A stretch of DNA of 64,000 nucleotides from Pseudomonadota bacterium (lineage in GTDB: Bacteria; Bdellovibrionota; Bdellovibrionia; Bdellovibrionales; SG-bin7): the NCBI GenBank assembly GCA_034439715.1, contig JAWXAY010000100.1, positions 1 to 64,000 of the forward strand, read 5' to 3'. Of this stretch, positions 38,618 through 48,927 are shown piece by piece; position 1 is the first letter of the stretch; each line of letters opens with the position of its first letter. The translations under genes were made by a program, and so were the position numbers. The notes under the pieces are model-generated. The model made no database searches. It had not been told where the DNA came from and saw only the letters and a program-made list of their open reading frames with translations.

Positions 38618-40534
38618 TCAAGGTGCAAGAGTGTCCAACGGTTTAGTTAGGGATACGGATTTCATACTTAATGCTTTGGCAACATAATCTTTTTTGACAG
38701 TAGGCCTATGTACGGGTCTATCAAACCAAAACTGAAGTGGTTCGCTAAGGCCTATTCCGTGCATAAAATTATAAACGGCCTTTTTTAACCCCATTCCCAG
38801 CATATCATGATCGACAGGGGTGGGGTCGGTAAACGGAATTGCATTTTTCGCAAACACTCCTTCAAGGGGCACTTTTTGAGGTAAAAGTGAAATTCCAAAT
38901 TTTTCGGGATTTTTACCGACAGGGCTATGAGTAGTCGCCACAAAGCGATGCCAAAAAGCCGAATTGATACAGCCAAGAAAAAAAAGTTGCCGCACGACTT
39001 CAAGAGAATCTATTGTCTCTTGTTCGGTCTCAGTGGGAAAGCCATACATCAAATAGGCGTGAACCAAAATTCCCTGCTCGCTAAAATTACGAGTGACTTG
39101 GGCGACCTGTTCTATAGTTAACCCTTTGTTAATGAGATTGAGAATTCGCGGGCTAGCGACCTCAAGTCCTCCTGTAACGGCGACGCAGCCAGCGTCGGCC
39201 ATAAGTTCTGCCACCTCACTGGTGAATTGGCTGTCAAAGCGCAAGTTCCCCCACCAAGTGATTTTGAGGCCTCGATGTATGATGATTTCCGAGATACTTT
39301 TTAATAGTGCTGGGGGTGCGGCCTCATCGACAAAGTGAAAGCCCGTCTGCCCGGTTTCACGAATAATTTTTTCTATATTGTCGACAATGTGTTCGGCGCG
39401 CGCGGGTTCAAAACGACTGATGTAATCAAGACTTGTATCGCAAAAGCTACACTTCTTCCAATAGCAGCCATGGGCTAAAATCATTTTATTCCAGCGAAAG
39501 TCGGACCACATTCGATGCATCGGGTTCGGCAGTTCCATCATTGAAATATAATTGTCGAGGTTGAGGCCATCAAAAGTAGGCGCCGGAATGCTTTTAAATG
39601 AAATATTGCTGCCAACACCAGACTTATATTTCTTAATTTCGCCGCTTTCTAATGTCCAAGTACGAATAAGTGAGCTCTGAGGGGCTCGTTCGCCCAATAT
39701 TTCTAACAACTGCTGTAGCGGCTTTTCGCCATCATCAAAAACTAAATAATCAATGAACTCAAAAATACGCTTATCAGAAAGCTCTCGAAGTTCTGTGTTA
39801 ACAAAACCACCGCCCATTACGATTTTAATATCAGAGAATGTATTTTTAACCGTAGAGGCAATTCTCAAGGCTCCATAAAGATTTCCCGGAAAAGGCACGG
39901 TTAAACCGACGACGTCGGGTGAAATTTCAGTGAGATAAGTTTTGGTGAGCTCCTCGATCAATTCATCAATTAAGGTCTTTGGTGTTTTGAGATTTTCATA
40001 TAATGGAGAGAATGATATTTGCGAAGAAGCAAGTTCTTCGGCATAGCGAGAAAATTCAAAGCGAGGATCGATGCCAGACTTAATAACATCTGCGATGTCG
40101 TCTAAAAACAGACTGCCAATATATTTGGCCTTATCTTGCGTGCCCAGTACGCCAAAGAAGTCGTTAATTTGGGGATGGTTATTTAGATGAGTGAAGCGAG
40201 GTCCCTCAGGGACCAAATGTCTTTTGGCTAAGCGTAAAGAAACCGTCGGATTGTTGCCGCGCAGAAAATCGACTACGGATGAAATACAATCGCTGTAATC
40301 ACTAAAGGCGCTAATGAAAAATTGAATATTTTCTTTAGCTAAAGAGGACTCGTTTAAATTTTCTTTAATTCTTAATAGTCCTTTGGGAGAGAAAAGCGAG
40401 GAAGCCAAATCTAAACCGAGATCTCTTTGCTGAACCTCGTATCCTTGCTCGCGCAAGTAAGACGTCAAATACGCCGTTGCAGGATAGGGCGTGTTTATTT
40501 GGGTCATCGGGGGAGTTATCAGCAGGACTTTCAT
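38618..40534 (-). CDS. B12-binding-domain radical SAM protein
   Basis: NTPYPAT.YL, CYWKKCSFC (CxxxCxxC), HFVDEAAPP, GLEVAS. Confidence 0.9.
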   Translation of the reverse strand: MKVLLITPPMTQINTPYPATAYLTSYLREQGYEVQQRDLGLDLASSLFSPKGLLRIKENLNESSLAKENIQFFISAFSDYSDCISSVVDFLRGNNPTVSLRLAKRHLVPEGPRFTHLNNHPQINDFFGVLGTQDKAKYIGSLFLDDIADVIKSGIDPRFEFSRYAEELASSQISFSPLYENLKTPKTLIDELIEELTKTYLTEISPDVVGLTVPFPGNLYGALRIASTVKNTFSDIKIVMGGGFVNTELRELSDKRIFEFIDYLVFDDGEKPLQQLLEILGERAPQSSLIRTWTLESGEIKKYKSGVGSNISFKSIPAPTFDGLNLDNYISMMELPNPMHRMWSDFRWNKMILAHGCYWKKCSFCDTSLDYISRFEPARAEHIVDNIEKIIRETGQTGFHFVDEAAPPALLKSISEIIIHRGLKITWWGNLRFDSQFTSEVAELMADAGCVAVTGGLEVASPRILNLINKGLTIEQVAQVTRNFSEQGILVHAYLMYGFPTETEQETIDSLEVVRQLFFLGCINSAFWHRFVATTHSPVGKNPEKFGISLLPQKVPLEGVFAKNAIPFTDPTPVDHDMLGMGLKKAVYNFMHGIGLSEPLQFWFDRPVHRPTVKKDYVAKALSMKSVSLTKPLDTLAP

Positions 40535-40746
40535 GGGTTTGGATTTAACATAAGGGTAAGGTTTTGTCTAACTGAGGGACGAAGTATAAAATTTACAGCT
40601 TGTTGAGCGGGTTGGTCCTGAACTCAGCGTAAATGTATGCGGGCCCTGTACCAAAATCTTTAGGTTTATAACACTTGGTTCCAGTCCAACCTTAGTCCAG
40701 TTAACCACTCACTTTATCGCCTCCCCCACTAAGCCGATAAAGAGAC

Positions 40747-41217
40747 ATGATATTCGAAGATCTAGTTGGCAAGACTTTTCAAGAAAATGAATTTTACGAG
40801 TTATTGCTGTTCGATATTGAAGAGAACTTTGAGCAGTACTTTTCTAAATTTATTCACTTTTATTTTGATAGAATTGAAGACAAGAAAATTAGAATCAATG
40901 AAGTGGTTTACTTTATAGATTCAAAAGAATTAAACCAAAAAGGTCGAAAAATTGTCGAGAAAAGAGAGTGGTTTGAAATCGCTGAAAATCATAACCATTT
41001 CAATTTGCTACTTTGTCGTTTTGACAGAACTGGATTTGTCTCATCTATCTTTAAAGACTCAACTCGCACCGAAGAGTGGAAGCTTGGCTGGGCTGATGAG
41101 AGGCCTGACCTGGGACCTATGACACCTGAAGAAATTCGACAAGCGTTTCAGGAATTAGCAGGCATGTTTGAAGATCAACAGGAAAGACAAAAACTAAGAT
41201 CTAAAAAAGCCGTATAG
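40747..41217 (+). CDS. Hypothetical protein
   Basis: 156-aa ORF; GCCGATAA just upstream. Confidence 0.6.
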   Translation: MIFEDLVGKTFQENEFYELLLFDIEENFEQYFSKFIHFYFDRIEDKKIRINEVVYFIDSKELNQKGRKIVEKREWFEIAENHNHFNLLLCRFDRTGFVSSIFKDSTRTEEWKLGWADERPDLGPMTPEEIRQAFQELAGMFEDQQERQKLRSKKAV

Positions 41218-41498
41218 CTTAGACTCGTTATTAAAAACTCTGCCGGTGAGGGGTGTTTCAAGGACTCTTTTGCCAACCGATGGGATTTTGACATCAAACC
41301 TTCTCGTATTTTCTTTTGTTCAATATCTGAACACAAACTAAGTGCTTTCTTATGATCGTCATAGTCGTGCATTAACAGTTCATTGTTTGCGATACTAAAA
41401 TACAATCTTACAAACTCTCGACGCCGATTAATCTTGTATGTCCGAATTAATAGGTCTTTGAGTTCCGAAAATCCGGACACCAATTCTCGCTGTTGCAC
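41175..41498 (-). CDS. Hypothetical protein (uncertain)
   Basis: 107-aa ORF with GGGGG before GTG; 3' end overlaps the convergent gene. Confidence 0.35.
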   Translation of the reverse strand: MQQRELVSGFSELKDLLIRTYKINRRREFVRLYFSIANNELLMHDYDDHKKALSLCSDIEQKKIREGLMSKSHRLAKESLKHPSPAEFLITSLSYTAFLDLSFCLSC

Positions 41499-41618
41499 TT
41501 AAACCCCCCAGTTAGGAAGAAGTTTAAAATTGCAAGAATTGAACTAATTTACTCGAACCAAGAAATAATGCATTTAGACGACGTTCGATTTCGGGCAAGG
41601 GGGTACGCCCCCCTTTTG

Positions 41619-42032
41619 CTAAATATTTCCATGACCGGCGATTTCAGGATTTTCCAAAATAAACTCTTCAAGCCGTGCCTTAATTGCATCCCGCACTTCA
41701 CGAAAATTCTCTAAAGAGCCACCAGGATCCTGAAATGGCCAATGAAGTTTTTTAGCCCGATTCAAAAAAGCAGGACAGACTTCATCCTGACAAAGTGTAA
41801 TTACTAAACTGATTTCTTGAGTCCCCACGTCTTCCACAGATTTAGATCGATGCCCGGATATATCAATCTCAATTTCTTTCATAACCGCAACGGCCAGCGG
41901 ATTTACTTTTGTAGCCTTGCATCCGGCGCTAAAAACTTGCGTGCTGGCGCCAAAAAGTTTTCGTGCAAGGCCCTCGGCAATTTGCGACCTTGCTGAATTG
42001 GCAACGCACAAGAATAATATCGTCATTGGCAC
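41619..42032 (-). CDS. arsC: Thioredoxin-coupled arsenate reductase (LMW-PTP fold)
   Basis: CVANSARSQIAEG, ITLC...C.P, HW.F.DP, FR.VRD.I. Confidence 0.9.
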   Translation of the reverse strand: MPMTILFLCVANSARSQIAEGLARKLFGASTQVFSAGCKATKVNPLAVAVMKEIEIDISGHRSKSVEDVGTQEISLVITLCQDEVCPAFLNRAKKLHWPFQDPGGSLENFREVRDAIKARLEEFILENPEIAGHGNI

Positions 42033-42145
42033 AGACTCCCATAGAACTAGCCACTAGTCGAGATAAGGCCTTCCTCGACCGTCAATTCCTTCGGATTATG
42101 TCAAATGAATATTAACATAAAGGCTGTACCTAATAGGAGGCCAAA

Positions 42146-42574
42146 ATGGGCAACAAAAAGACTGATAAGTTTCGTAAGAATCACGATACCTTGCTGCAAC
42201 TTCTAGAAAATCTAAAACTCTATCTTGAGGCTGATCGAGTTGCGAAAGAAGCAAAAGATGCCTGTCGGGTAGTGGGTAAAATCGCCGGCCTTTTAATTAT
42301 GAATATGGCACATGAAGATAAGAATCTTTTTCCTGAGCTACTCGGCTCAAGCAATAAACAAATAAAAGATGCCGCCGAAAAATTTGCTATCGAAACTAAA
42401 AATGTGCGTAAAGTGGCGGATAAGTTTATGTCTAAATGGGTAGTCATTAAAAATGTTCAAGCTCAACCGGTGGATTTTATTAAAGATGCGAATACGCTAA
42501 TTACGTCACTTTCCGAGAGTCTGGAAAAGAAAAACACCCAGTTTTACGACCTTGTAGATAAACACGCCGCTTAA
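42146..42574 (+). CDS. Hemerythrin-like protein with degenerate metal ligands
   Basis: AGGAGG RBS; F..NH..L, HED..LFP.L and FY.L four-helix pattern. Confidence 0.6.
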   Translation: MGNKKTDKFRKNHDTLLQLLENLKLYLEADRVAKEAKDACRVVGKIAGLLIMNMAHEDKNLFPELLGSSNKQIKDAAEKFAIETKNVRKVADKFMSKWVVIKNVQAQPVDFIKDANTLITSLSESLEKKNTQFYDLVDKHAA

Positions 42575-42593
42575 AACGTGTGCGCTAAAATTA

Positions 42594-42965
42594 TCAGGGA
42601 ATTTCGAAATGTAAAGTGTCTTCTTTAGCTTTGTCCTTCAATTTCACATCTACACTATGTGCACTCTTGAAGGTTCTGTCGATTCGAAAATGATCACTTT
42701 CTTTGTACACAGTCAGCCGAACGCTTTTGCCTCCGATGTTGGCAAAAGCTTCCATACCTAAGTCATTAAACTTCAATCCTGCAGTCTTATAGCCAACCAC
42801 AAAAACATCTAAAGTCTTGGCTCCCGGGACGAGCTGAACGGTAAAAAGCTTTCCCTGTGCCTCCAGGCGTTTGGCAATTTCCTGCGTGTCATGTAAGTCG
42901 TCTGTTTGTGCATGAAGGTAAGAGGTCAAAAGTGATAGAATAAGTAAAAACATTAGTTTGTTCAT
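42594..42965 (-). CDS. Secreted hypothetical protein
   Basis: Start ATG 42965 gives signal peptide MNKLMFLLILSLLTSYLHA. Confidence 0.7.
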   Translation of the reverse strand: MNKLMFLLILSLLTSYLHAQTDDLHDTQEIAKRLEAQGKLFTVQLVPGAKTLDVFVVGYKTAGLKFNDLGMEAFANIGGKSVRLTVYKESDHFRIDRTFKSAHSVDVKLKDKAKEDTLHFEIP

Positions 42966-42980
42966 ATAAGCCAATACGAG

Positions 42981-42996
42981 AGCAATTTTGATGCCA
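42981..42996 (-). promoter_or_regulatory. Putative sigma54 promoter
   Basis: TGGCAT-CAAAA-TTGCT, near-perfect consensus, 15 nt from ATG 42965. Confidence 0.6.
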
Positions 42997-43175
42997 CCCG
43001 TCTTCTCTTTAGTACCTACTTTTGGCGTCTTGTGGGACAACAATTCCCACAATCAGGGCGAAATGACCGAACTGGACCTGTGCCCAATCGATTTATTTTG
43101 TGACGCCAAATTATTCGTTTTAAGAACTCTCAAAAAAAGCTAACATAATTTCTTTGAGAACTAGGAATAAAAAAA

Positions 43176-43847
43176 TTGGATTATAGCCAGACCCCCGTAT
43201 TTGAGTTTTTGTCACAATATGCTTATCAGCCGGGACTCATCTACGGCTTAATTGTCGTTATGATGGTGGCGAGCGCCTTTGGCTTACCGCTGCCCGAAGA
43301 AATAACCATCATTAGTGTGGCGATTTTAGCCCATATGGGTGCACATCCTGACAGATTTCCACCACCCTTTCCTGATGCACCGGTAGTCAACAAGTGGACA
43401 GCATCAATAATCACTTTAGCCGCAGTTTTAATTAGCGACATTGTCGTTTACCAGATTGGGCGCAAGTCAGGTGCTTTGCTAACTACGCGGCCTACGTTTA
43501 AGAGATTTTTTGATCACGGAAAAATGCAGAAAGTAAAAAAATGGACTCATGACTATGGGGCTTGGGCAGTTTTCTTTTTCAGATTTATGCCGGGTATAAG
43601 ATTTCCAGGACATATTTTTTGCGGACTTATGAACCTGTCTTTTTGGAAATTTATCTTGATGGATTCCTTTGCTGCCCTAATTAGTATACCCACGCAATTG
43701 GTTTTTGTGGCGACTTATGGCGACGAAATAATTGCCAACATCATTAAGTTTAAGATTTACGTATTTGGATTTATCGCGATCGTAATCCTTGCTCTTATAA
43801 TGAAAAAAGTTTTTTTTTGGTCCGTCGCTAAAACTGATAATGTTTAG
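43176..43847 (+). CDS. DedA family membrane protein
   Basis: GLPLPEE, D...Y.IGR, RFMPGIR. Confidence 0.92.
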   Translation: MDYSQTPVFEFLSQYAYQPGLIYGLIVVMMVASAFGLPLPEEITIISVAILAHMGAHPDRFPPPFPDAPVVNKWTASIITLAAVLISDIVVYQIGRKSGALLTTRPTFKRFFDHGKMQKVKKWTHDYGAWAVFFFRFMPGIRFPGHIFCGLMNLSFWKFILMDSFAALISIPTQLVFVATYGDEIIANIIKFKIYVFGFIAIVILALIMKKVFFWSVAKTDNV

Positions 43848-44797
43848 GCCGCCCTCACTGCTGGCACACCCGAAGTTTTTGGAAGCTTAATTACAAATCG
43901 CGTATTGATACTCTCACTATCGAATTGAATCTCTCCATTGTGTTCTTTAATTAAGCTAATACAAATACTCAAGCCCAAGCCCGCTCCATTACCTATATCC
44001 TTTGTAGTAAAAAATGGCTGAAATATTTTTTCTCTTACTTCGAGTGGAATTCCTGGTCCCGAGTCCGTAATGCTTATCAGGACAAAATCACGCTGCTCAT
44101 TTACATCAATTCGAATCCAACGATGGTCAACTATCTTGACCGCATCAAAAGCATTGTAAAGTAAATTTAAAAATATCTGCGCAATTTGTACGGGCCGACA
44201 ATTCAGAGTAATATTGGGGTCTATTTCAGGGCAAGAGAGTTCTATGCCATGGCTCTTAAAGCGTGTCTTACAAAAATTTAAGGTGTCAGAAATAATTTTT
44301 TCGAGCGCAACCTTGGTCGTGGGCTCTTTGTCGCCTTCGCGGGAGAAAGATCTTAGCGCCCGTATTATTTTAGATATTCTCTCTGAGTTTTCGACGATTT
44401 TTTCAGCCAAATAAATATTTTTGGTGACATCCGATTGGTCGCGTTTTGCCATAGAAATTATTTGATGAGCAAAGCCCTCGATAATTGTAAGCGGATTGTT
44501 AATTTCATGAGCGATGCCGCTACTCATTTCGGCGAGTGACGCTAAGCGAGACCGATAGGCGCTTTTAATTCTCTCTTTTAAGACTTGCTGGATTTCTTTC
44601 TTTCGTAGTCCGTAAGCTACAAAATTTATGAGGGCAATTACAGTGGCGCCGGCTACAACTAATCTAGCCGCGGGTTTATTGAGATTATCAAATATCGCAA
44701 AAAATATTCCGACTGTAAATAAGAAACAAAGTAACTGCAAAAAACTACCGCGATTTACGCTTTTTGAAAGTGAATTTAGCCGCAAATATCTCATCAA
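43844..44797 (-). CDS. Orphan sensor histidine kinase (NtrB-like)
   Basis: Two TM helices; IAHEINNPL H-box, QIFLNLLYNA, DSGPG, FQPFFTTK, GAGLGL. Confidence 0.93.
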   Translation of the reverse strand: MMRYLRLNSLSKSVNRGSFLQLLCFLFTVGIFFAIFDNLNKPAARLVVAGATVIALINFVAYGLRKKEIQQVLKERIKSAYRSRLASLAEMSSGIAHEINNPLTIIEGFAHQIISMAKRDQSDVTKNIYLAEKIVENSERISKIIRALRSFSREGDKEPTTKVALEKIISDTLNFCKTRFKSHGIELSCPEIDPNITLNCRPVQIAQIFLNLLYNAFDAVKIVDHRWIRIDVNEQRDFVLISITDSGPGIPLEVREKIFQPFFTTKDIGNGAGLGLSICISLIKEHNGEIQFDSESINTRFVIKLPKTSGVPAVRAA

Positions 44798-44801
44798 TTA
44801 T

Positions 44802-44829
44802 TTATCGGCCAAACCTTCAAAAATCTTTT
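44802..44829 (-). promoter_or_regulatory. Putative sigma28 (FliA) promoter
   Basis: AAAAG-N15-GCCGATAA immediately upstream of the kinase start. Confidence 0.55.
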
Positions 44830-44860
44830 GGCAATCTCAAATTGAGTCGGCTGATTGACA

Positions 44861-45751
44861 CTACTTTTGTTTTTGTTGAACGGGCTCGTTTACGAAAATC
44901 ACCAAATCTGAAATAGGGCCGTATATATAGTGATTGAGTAAGCCCAATAGCTCACTTTCTTTATATTCCGATGTGTCAATAATTCGAATCGAAAGAACAC
45001 CTGATGTCGGATTTCTCTTTTTGAGTCGCGAAATAGTTCCATCAAAAAAATCAGTGTGAAAATTGCCGGCTATAAAAAATCGGGGTACAGTAGAGATTTC
45101 ATTTTCAAGGGAGTAGGCCATCACATCGTCTGTCAAGCATTGTGCCTCAAAATAATTCTGGTGCTTTTCGGCAGGAACATGTTCCCCCATCGCCTTGGTG
45201 AAGCGTTCCCAATAATTTGCGCCGCCCATTTCAAAGCCAGGGGGAATCAGTTGGGGATCGGCAGACTTGATTCCTCCTTTTGTCACGGGTGCTTTTTCCT
45301 CGCGCGTAAGATTGATGCCTTTGAGATCTCCTTCAAACTTCTTTAGGGTTTCTAAAACAGGTACATAAAAAGGGGCGGTGGATTTACCAACGGTCGCAGT
45401 CAAAAATTCGAGTGCCGTTATTTTGCCACTCATAAAATCGCTGTAAAGCAACTTATTTTGCACCTTTTGGGTAACCGCTAAAAACTCCCAGCCCAATGAA
45501 AATCGGCCTTTAAGGTGAAGGCGGGTAACCACCTCTTCAATAATTCTAGCCTCCAAAATTTGTACTTCGGTTGTATTATGTAGTTCACCTATGGCAATAG
45601 TTTGGGAGACGGCGGCCCGAATGCTCAAATCTTCAAAGGTCAGTTCACTTAAAGTCTTTACGTCCAATATGCGGTGGTGCCAGGTGGCAGACGCCGCGGT
45701 AGCTACGGAAATACTTAACAACATTGCAATTGAAAAAATCTGTATTTTCAT
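44861..45751 (-). CDS. ChaN/PhuW-family (haem-uptake, TIKI-superfamily) secreted protein
   Basis: IGELH, LGWEF, Y.PV, AQ.L.D..MA, AGNFH; signal peptide from ATG 45751. Confidence 0.8.
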   Translation of the reverse strand: MKIQIFSIAMLLSISVATAASATWHHRILDVKTLSELTFEDLSIRAAVSQTIAIGELHNTTEVQILEARIIEEVVTRLHLKGRFSLGWEFLAVTQKVQNKLLYSDFMSGKITALEFLTATVGKSTAPFYVPVLETLKKFEGDLKGINLTREEKAPVTKGGIKSADPQLIPPGFEMGGANYWERFTKAMGEHVPAEKHQNYFEAQCLTDDVMAYSLENEISTVPRFFIAGNFHTDFFDGTISRLKKRNPTSGVLSIRIIDTSEYKESELLGLLNHYIYGPISDLVIFVNEPVQQKQK

Positions 45752-45752
45752 A

Positions 45753-46235
45753 TTATTGGTCCCCCAAACATTTGGCGTGGACATTATCGATTTGAGTTTT
45801 AATTTGTCGAAATTTAGAAAAAAACGTGAACCATTCAATCGTAGCACCAACCTGTAATTTCTCGACACCAGTAAGACCACAATAGCCATATTGTTTATAG
45901 CAAATGGCGTGTGAATCGAACGCGAACTCCTCAAGGGTCGTACAATTCGGAATGCGTGAAATTCGATTGTCGTAGAGCATTCCCATAAGACAAAGACCGG
46001 TATTATTGATAAAGTTACTTAGATCAGGATTCCAAACGGTCGCTTTTTCTTGGAATTTCAGGCAGTAAGGATAGGCAAAACTGGTAAGGTAATCGGAGCC
46101 GTTATCTTTGCAGTTTAAATGTCGCTCTAACTCTAGATAGTAATTACAGTCAAACTTGGTCGGCTGTGGCCACTCAGAGCTTTGAGCTGAATTTAAAAAA
46201 ACCGAAAAAAGAAGAGAAAGAATTTTTAAAGTCAT
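45753..46235 (-). CDS. Secreted Cys-rich protein with a stanniocalcin-like motif
   Basis: Signal peptide; C..Y...E...C....Y...F...YC..F...CL...C..L...AFDSH..CY...G.C; 8 Cys. Confidence 0.65.
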   Translation of the reverse strand: MTLKILSLLFSVFLNSAQSSEWPQPTKFDCNYYLELERHLNCKDNGSDYLTSFAYPYCLKFQEKATVWNPDLSNFINNTGLCLMGMLYDNRISRIPNCTTLEEFAFDSHAICYKQYGYCGLTGVEKLQVGATIEWFTFFSKFRQIKTQIDNVHAKCLGDQ

Positions 46236-47620
46236 AAAACAATAGTCTTTTGCAGAGGTAAGTTGCCAATTTCAATCATTACAGCGTCGGTGGTTTTTTC
46301 TGGGGTTTCCACAATCAATTTATATACACCTGGATTTAGAATTATAAAAAAAGTGCCGTCGGGATTCACTCTATATGATTGAGTATACTTTTCGCCACTA
46401 ATTTTAAGAGTTGCATTTTTTACTGGTAAATTATTATCTATTACCTGGCCATAAAATCCTGCTTCTTCAAGACGTTTAAACAACAAAGTCCAGGCGGAGC
46501 GCAGCTTTTTTACAGTGGCGTCGCGGTATTTGCCGTATTCCGGTTGAAAATCCTGATTCAATTCAATAACGAATGGAATGACTTGGTATTCGTGATACAT
46601 CCAACTTATATCATCCCCATCCACTCCGTAGAGAATTTCCCAGGGGACCCCGGCCGTGTATGTTCCTCCCCCACTGTCAGATTTTATCCTGCTGGCCAAC
46701 TCCTGGCCAATAGGTTCCACGACAGATGCCGTTTCTACACGTTGACCATCACAGCCATAAGGATACAGCACAAGCTCGCCGTAGGAGTGGAATGAAATAT
46801 CAAACACAGGTCTAATTTGCGCCACTAAACCCATGAGCGCCTGTGTTTCGGGCTCAGATCCCGGTGATTCGCCACGGTAAGTGTCTGTGTTTTTATTACT
46901 ACTGGAGCCATTACAGCTGGCCCATCCGTAAGGATAATTACGATTGATGTCCACGCCATATCCGCCGCGAGTATTTTTTCGCCACCAATTATCCTCGGTC
47001 CAAACCTTGTTGTTTCCATCAACATTGAGCATAGGTACAACCCAAATCTCATAAGAATTTACCCAGCGGGTAAGTACGTCGTCTGACAAATAATTGTTGA
47101 TCAAGACTTCAATGAGGTCTAGCGGCACTTCGGGTGTCATGACCTCGCGTGCATGGTGCATTCCATTAAATAAAATAGCCGGCTCACCAACTTCATGCAC
47201 ATCGGGGTTGTCAGAAATTTTGAGCGCCCAAATGTCGCGGCCCTCGAGTGATTTTCCAATAGACACAAGTTTTGTAATGCCTGGATATCGCGAGCTATAA
47301 TCCTTAAGAAGGGCCTCAATTTCATCAGGTGATTTGTAATCTTCATCTACATTTTCAACTCTTATAATAATTTCGGGGTTAAAGCCCTGGGCTTTCAAAA
47401 ATTCAATCTGTTTTTCGTTGACTAGCACCTGCACACTCTTTTGACTATAATTTACTCCGGCGACATCTACTCCATGTTGCTGCAAAAATAAAATTTGGTT
47501 TTTGTAGTCTGTAAGCTGGAGGTTTGCGCGAAATCTTTTTGCGGGACTGACCATTGCGCCCATAAAAATGGCAAGGACAAATACGATTATAAATTTCAGC
47601 ACAAAATTATACTTTTTCAT
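46232..47620 (-). CDS. M14 zinc carboxypeptidase (carboxypeptidase T-like) with C-terminal beta domain
   Basis: HHARE, NVDG, WRKN, GVDINRNY, SEPET, FHSY, IEL. Confidence 0.92.
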   Translation of the reverse strand: MKKYNFVLKFIIVFVLAIFMGAMVSPAKRFRANLQLTDYKNQILFLQQHGVDVAGVNYSQKSVQVLVNEKQIEFLKAQGFNPEIIIRVENVDEDYKSPDEIEALLKDYSSRYPGITKLVSIGKSLEGRDIWALKISDNPDVHEVGEPAILFNGMHHAREVMTPEVPLDLIEVLINNYLSDDVLTRWVNSYEIWVVPMLNVDGNNKVWTEDNWWRKNTRGGYGVDINRNYPYGWASCNGSSSNKNTDTYRGESPGSEPETQALMGLVAQIRPVFDISFHSYGELVLYPYGCDGQRVETASVVEPIGQELASRIKSDSGGGTYTAGVPWEILYGVDGDDISWMYHEYQVIPFVIELNQDFQPEYGKYRDATVKKLRSAWTLLFKRLEEAGFYGQVIDNNLPVKNATLKISGEKYTQSYRVNPDGTFFIILNPGVYKLIVETPEKTTDAVMIEIGNLPLQKTIVL

Positions 47621-48863
47621 CTATTTTTTCTCCTAAATTTAATCGACGTAAATATAAAAGTAGCAACATTCCAGGAATGGCAGCTAATGTGCAGAACAAA
47701 AAGTAAGAAGACCAACCCATTTGCTTAGCCAAATACCCAGTAGGCGTTCCGATAATTACACGAGGGACACCAGCGAGACTCGAAAGCAGAGCATACTGAG
47801 TGGCAGTAAATTTTCGGCTAGCAGTATTTGACATAAAGGATACAAAAGCTATGGAGCCAACAGCCGCCGTTATATCTTCAAACGAAACCACAGCGCCATA
47901 AAGCCAAAGGTTTTTTTCTGCCAAGGCTACAAAAGTAAAACCAAAAGTAGATGCCGCCTGTAAAAATCCCGCAATCCACAAAGAGCCCCAGATTCCAAAA
48001 AAATACACAATTGAACCGCCTAAAATGGGACCGACCCAACTTAATGTAGGGGCAATGGTTTTGGCTATGATGGCGATTTCAGTTTTTGTATATCCCCTGT
48101 CAAGGTAAAAAGGGGCGAGCATATTTCCAGCCATGTTATCGCCAACTTTGTAAAGCACGATAAACAACAATATCACAATTGCGGATTTTCGATTAAAAAA
48201 TTCTTTAAACGGGAGAACGAGCGCTTCAGCCATAGTTTTTGGTTTTATATTTCCGGTTTTAGGTTCAGGCGCTTTGATGGTAAAAATAAGATTCAATCCC
48301 ATAATAGCAGCCATTATGAGATAGACATACTTCCAGGCCATATGATCCGCCAAGAGGAGAGCCAGGGCACCAGTAATCAGTAGGGCAATCTTGTAACCAT
48401 AAGTGTAAAGTGCAGTACCCAATCCTAATTCTTCATCCTTGAGAGTTTCTAGGCGGTAGGCATCGACGACAATGTCTTGAGTGGCGCTGAAAAAAGCGAC
48501 AAGCAGAGCCATTACAGCAAAGCCCCATAAGTGGTGAGCAGGGTTGATTAGCCCCAATCCACATATTAATACTGTGAGGGCCAGCTGTGAAAACGCCAAC
48601 CAACCTTTTCGATGTCCTAAAAAAGGTAAGGTGAAGCGATCCAAAAACGGTGCCCACAAAAACTTTAACGTATAAGGCAAGCCCACAATTGCAAAAATAC
48701 CAATGACGGTGAGGTCGACTCCGGCTTCCTTGAGCCAGAACTGCATTGTTCTAGAAGTCAAAAACAGTGGCATGCCTGAAGCAAATCCCATGAGAAGAGA
48801 ATAGAAGAATGGCGGTTGCTTTAACGCCACGACCATTTGTTTAAAGGAGTGCTTTTGCGCCAT
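47607..48863 (-). CDS. ampG: AmpG muropeptide MFS permease
   Basis: GFASGMP, LKFLWAP.LD, SATQDI.VDAYR.E, TATQYALLSS. Confidence 0.93.
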   Translation of the reverse strand: MAQKHSFKQMVVALKQPPFFYSLLMGFASGMPLFLTSRTMQFWLKEAGVDLTVIGIFAIVGLPYTLKFLWAPFLDRFTLPFLGHRKGWLAFSQLALTVLICGLGLINPAHHLWGFAVMALLVAFFSATQDIVVDAYRLETLKDEELGLGTALYTYGYKIALLITGALALLLADHMAWKYVYLIMAAIMGLNLIFTIKAPEPKTGNIKPKTMAEALVLPFKEFFNRKSAIVILLFIVLYKVGDNMAGNMLAPFYLDRGYTKTEIAIIAKTIAPTLSWVGPILGGSIVYFFGIWGSLWIAGFLQAASTFGFTFVALAEKNLWLYGAVVSFEDITAAVGSIAFVSFMSNTASRKFTATQYALLSSLAGVPRVIIGTPTGYLAKQMGWSSYFLFCTLAAIPGMLLLLYLRRLNLGEKIDEKV

Positions 48864-48927
48864 ACCTTGATAGGGTAGGGCCAGATATTAGTTGTGGCAA
48901 GACCTTATTTACGGGAATATTAGGTCT

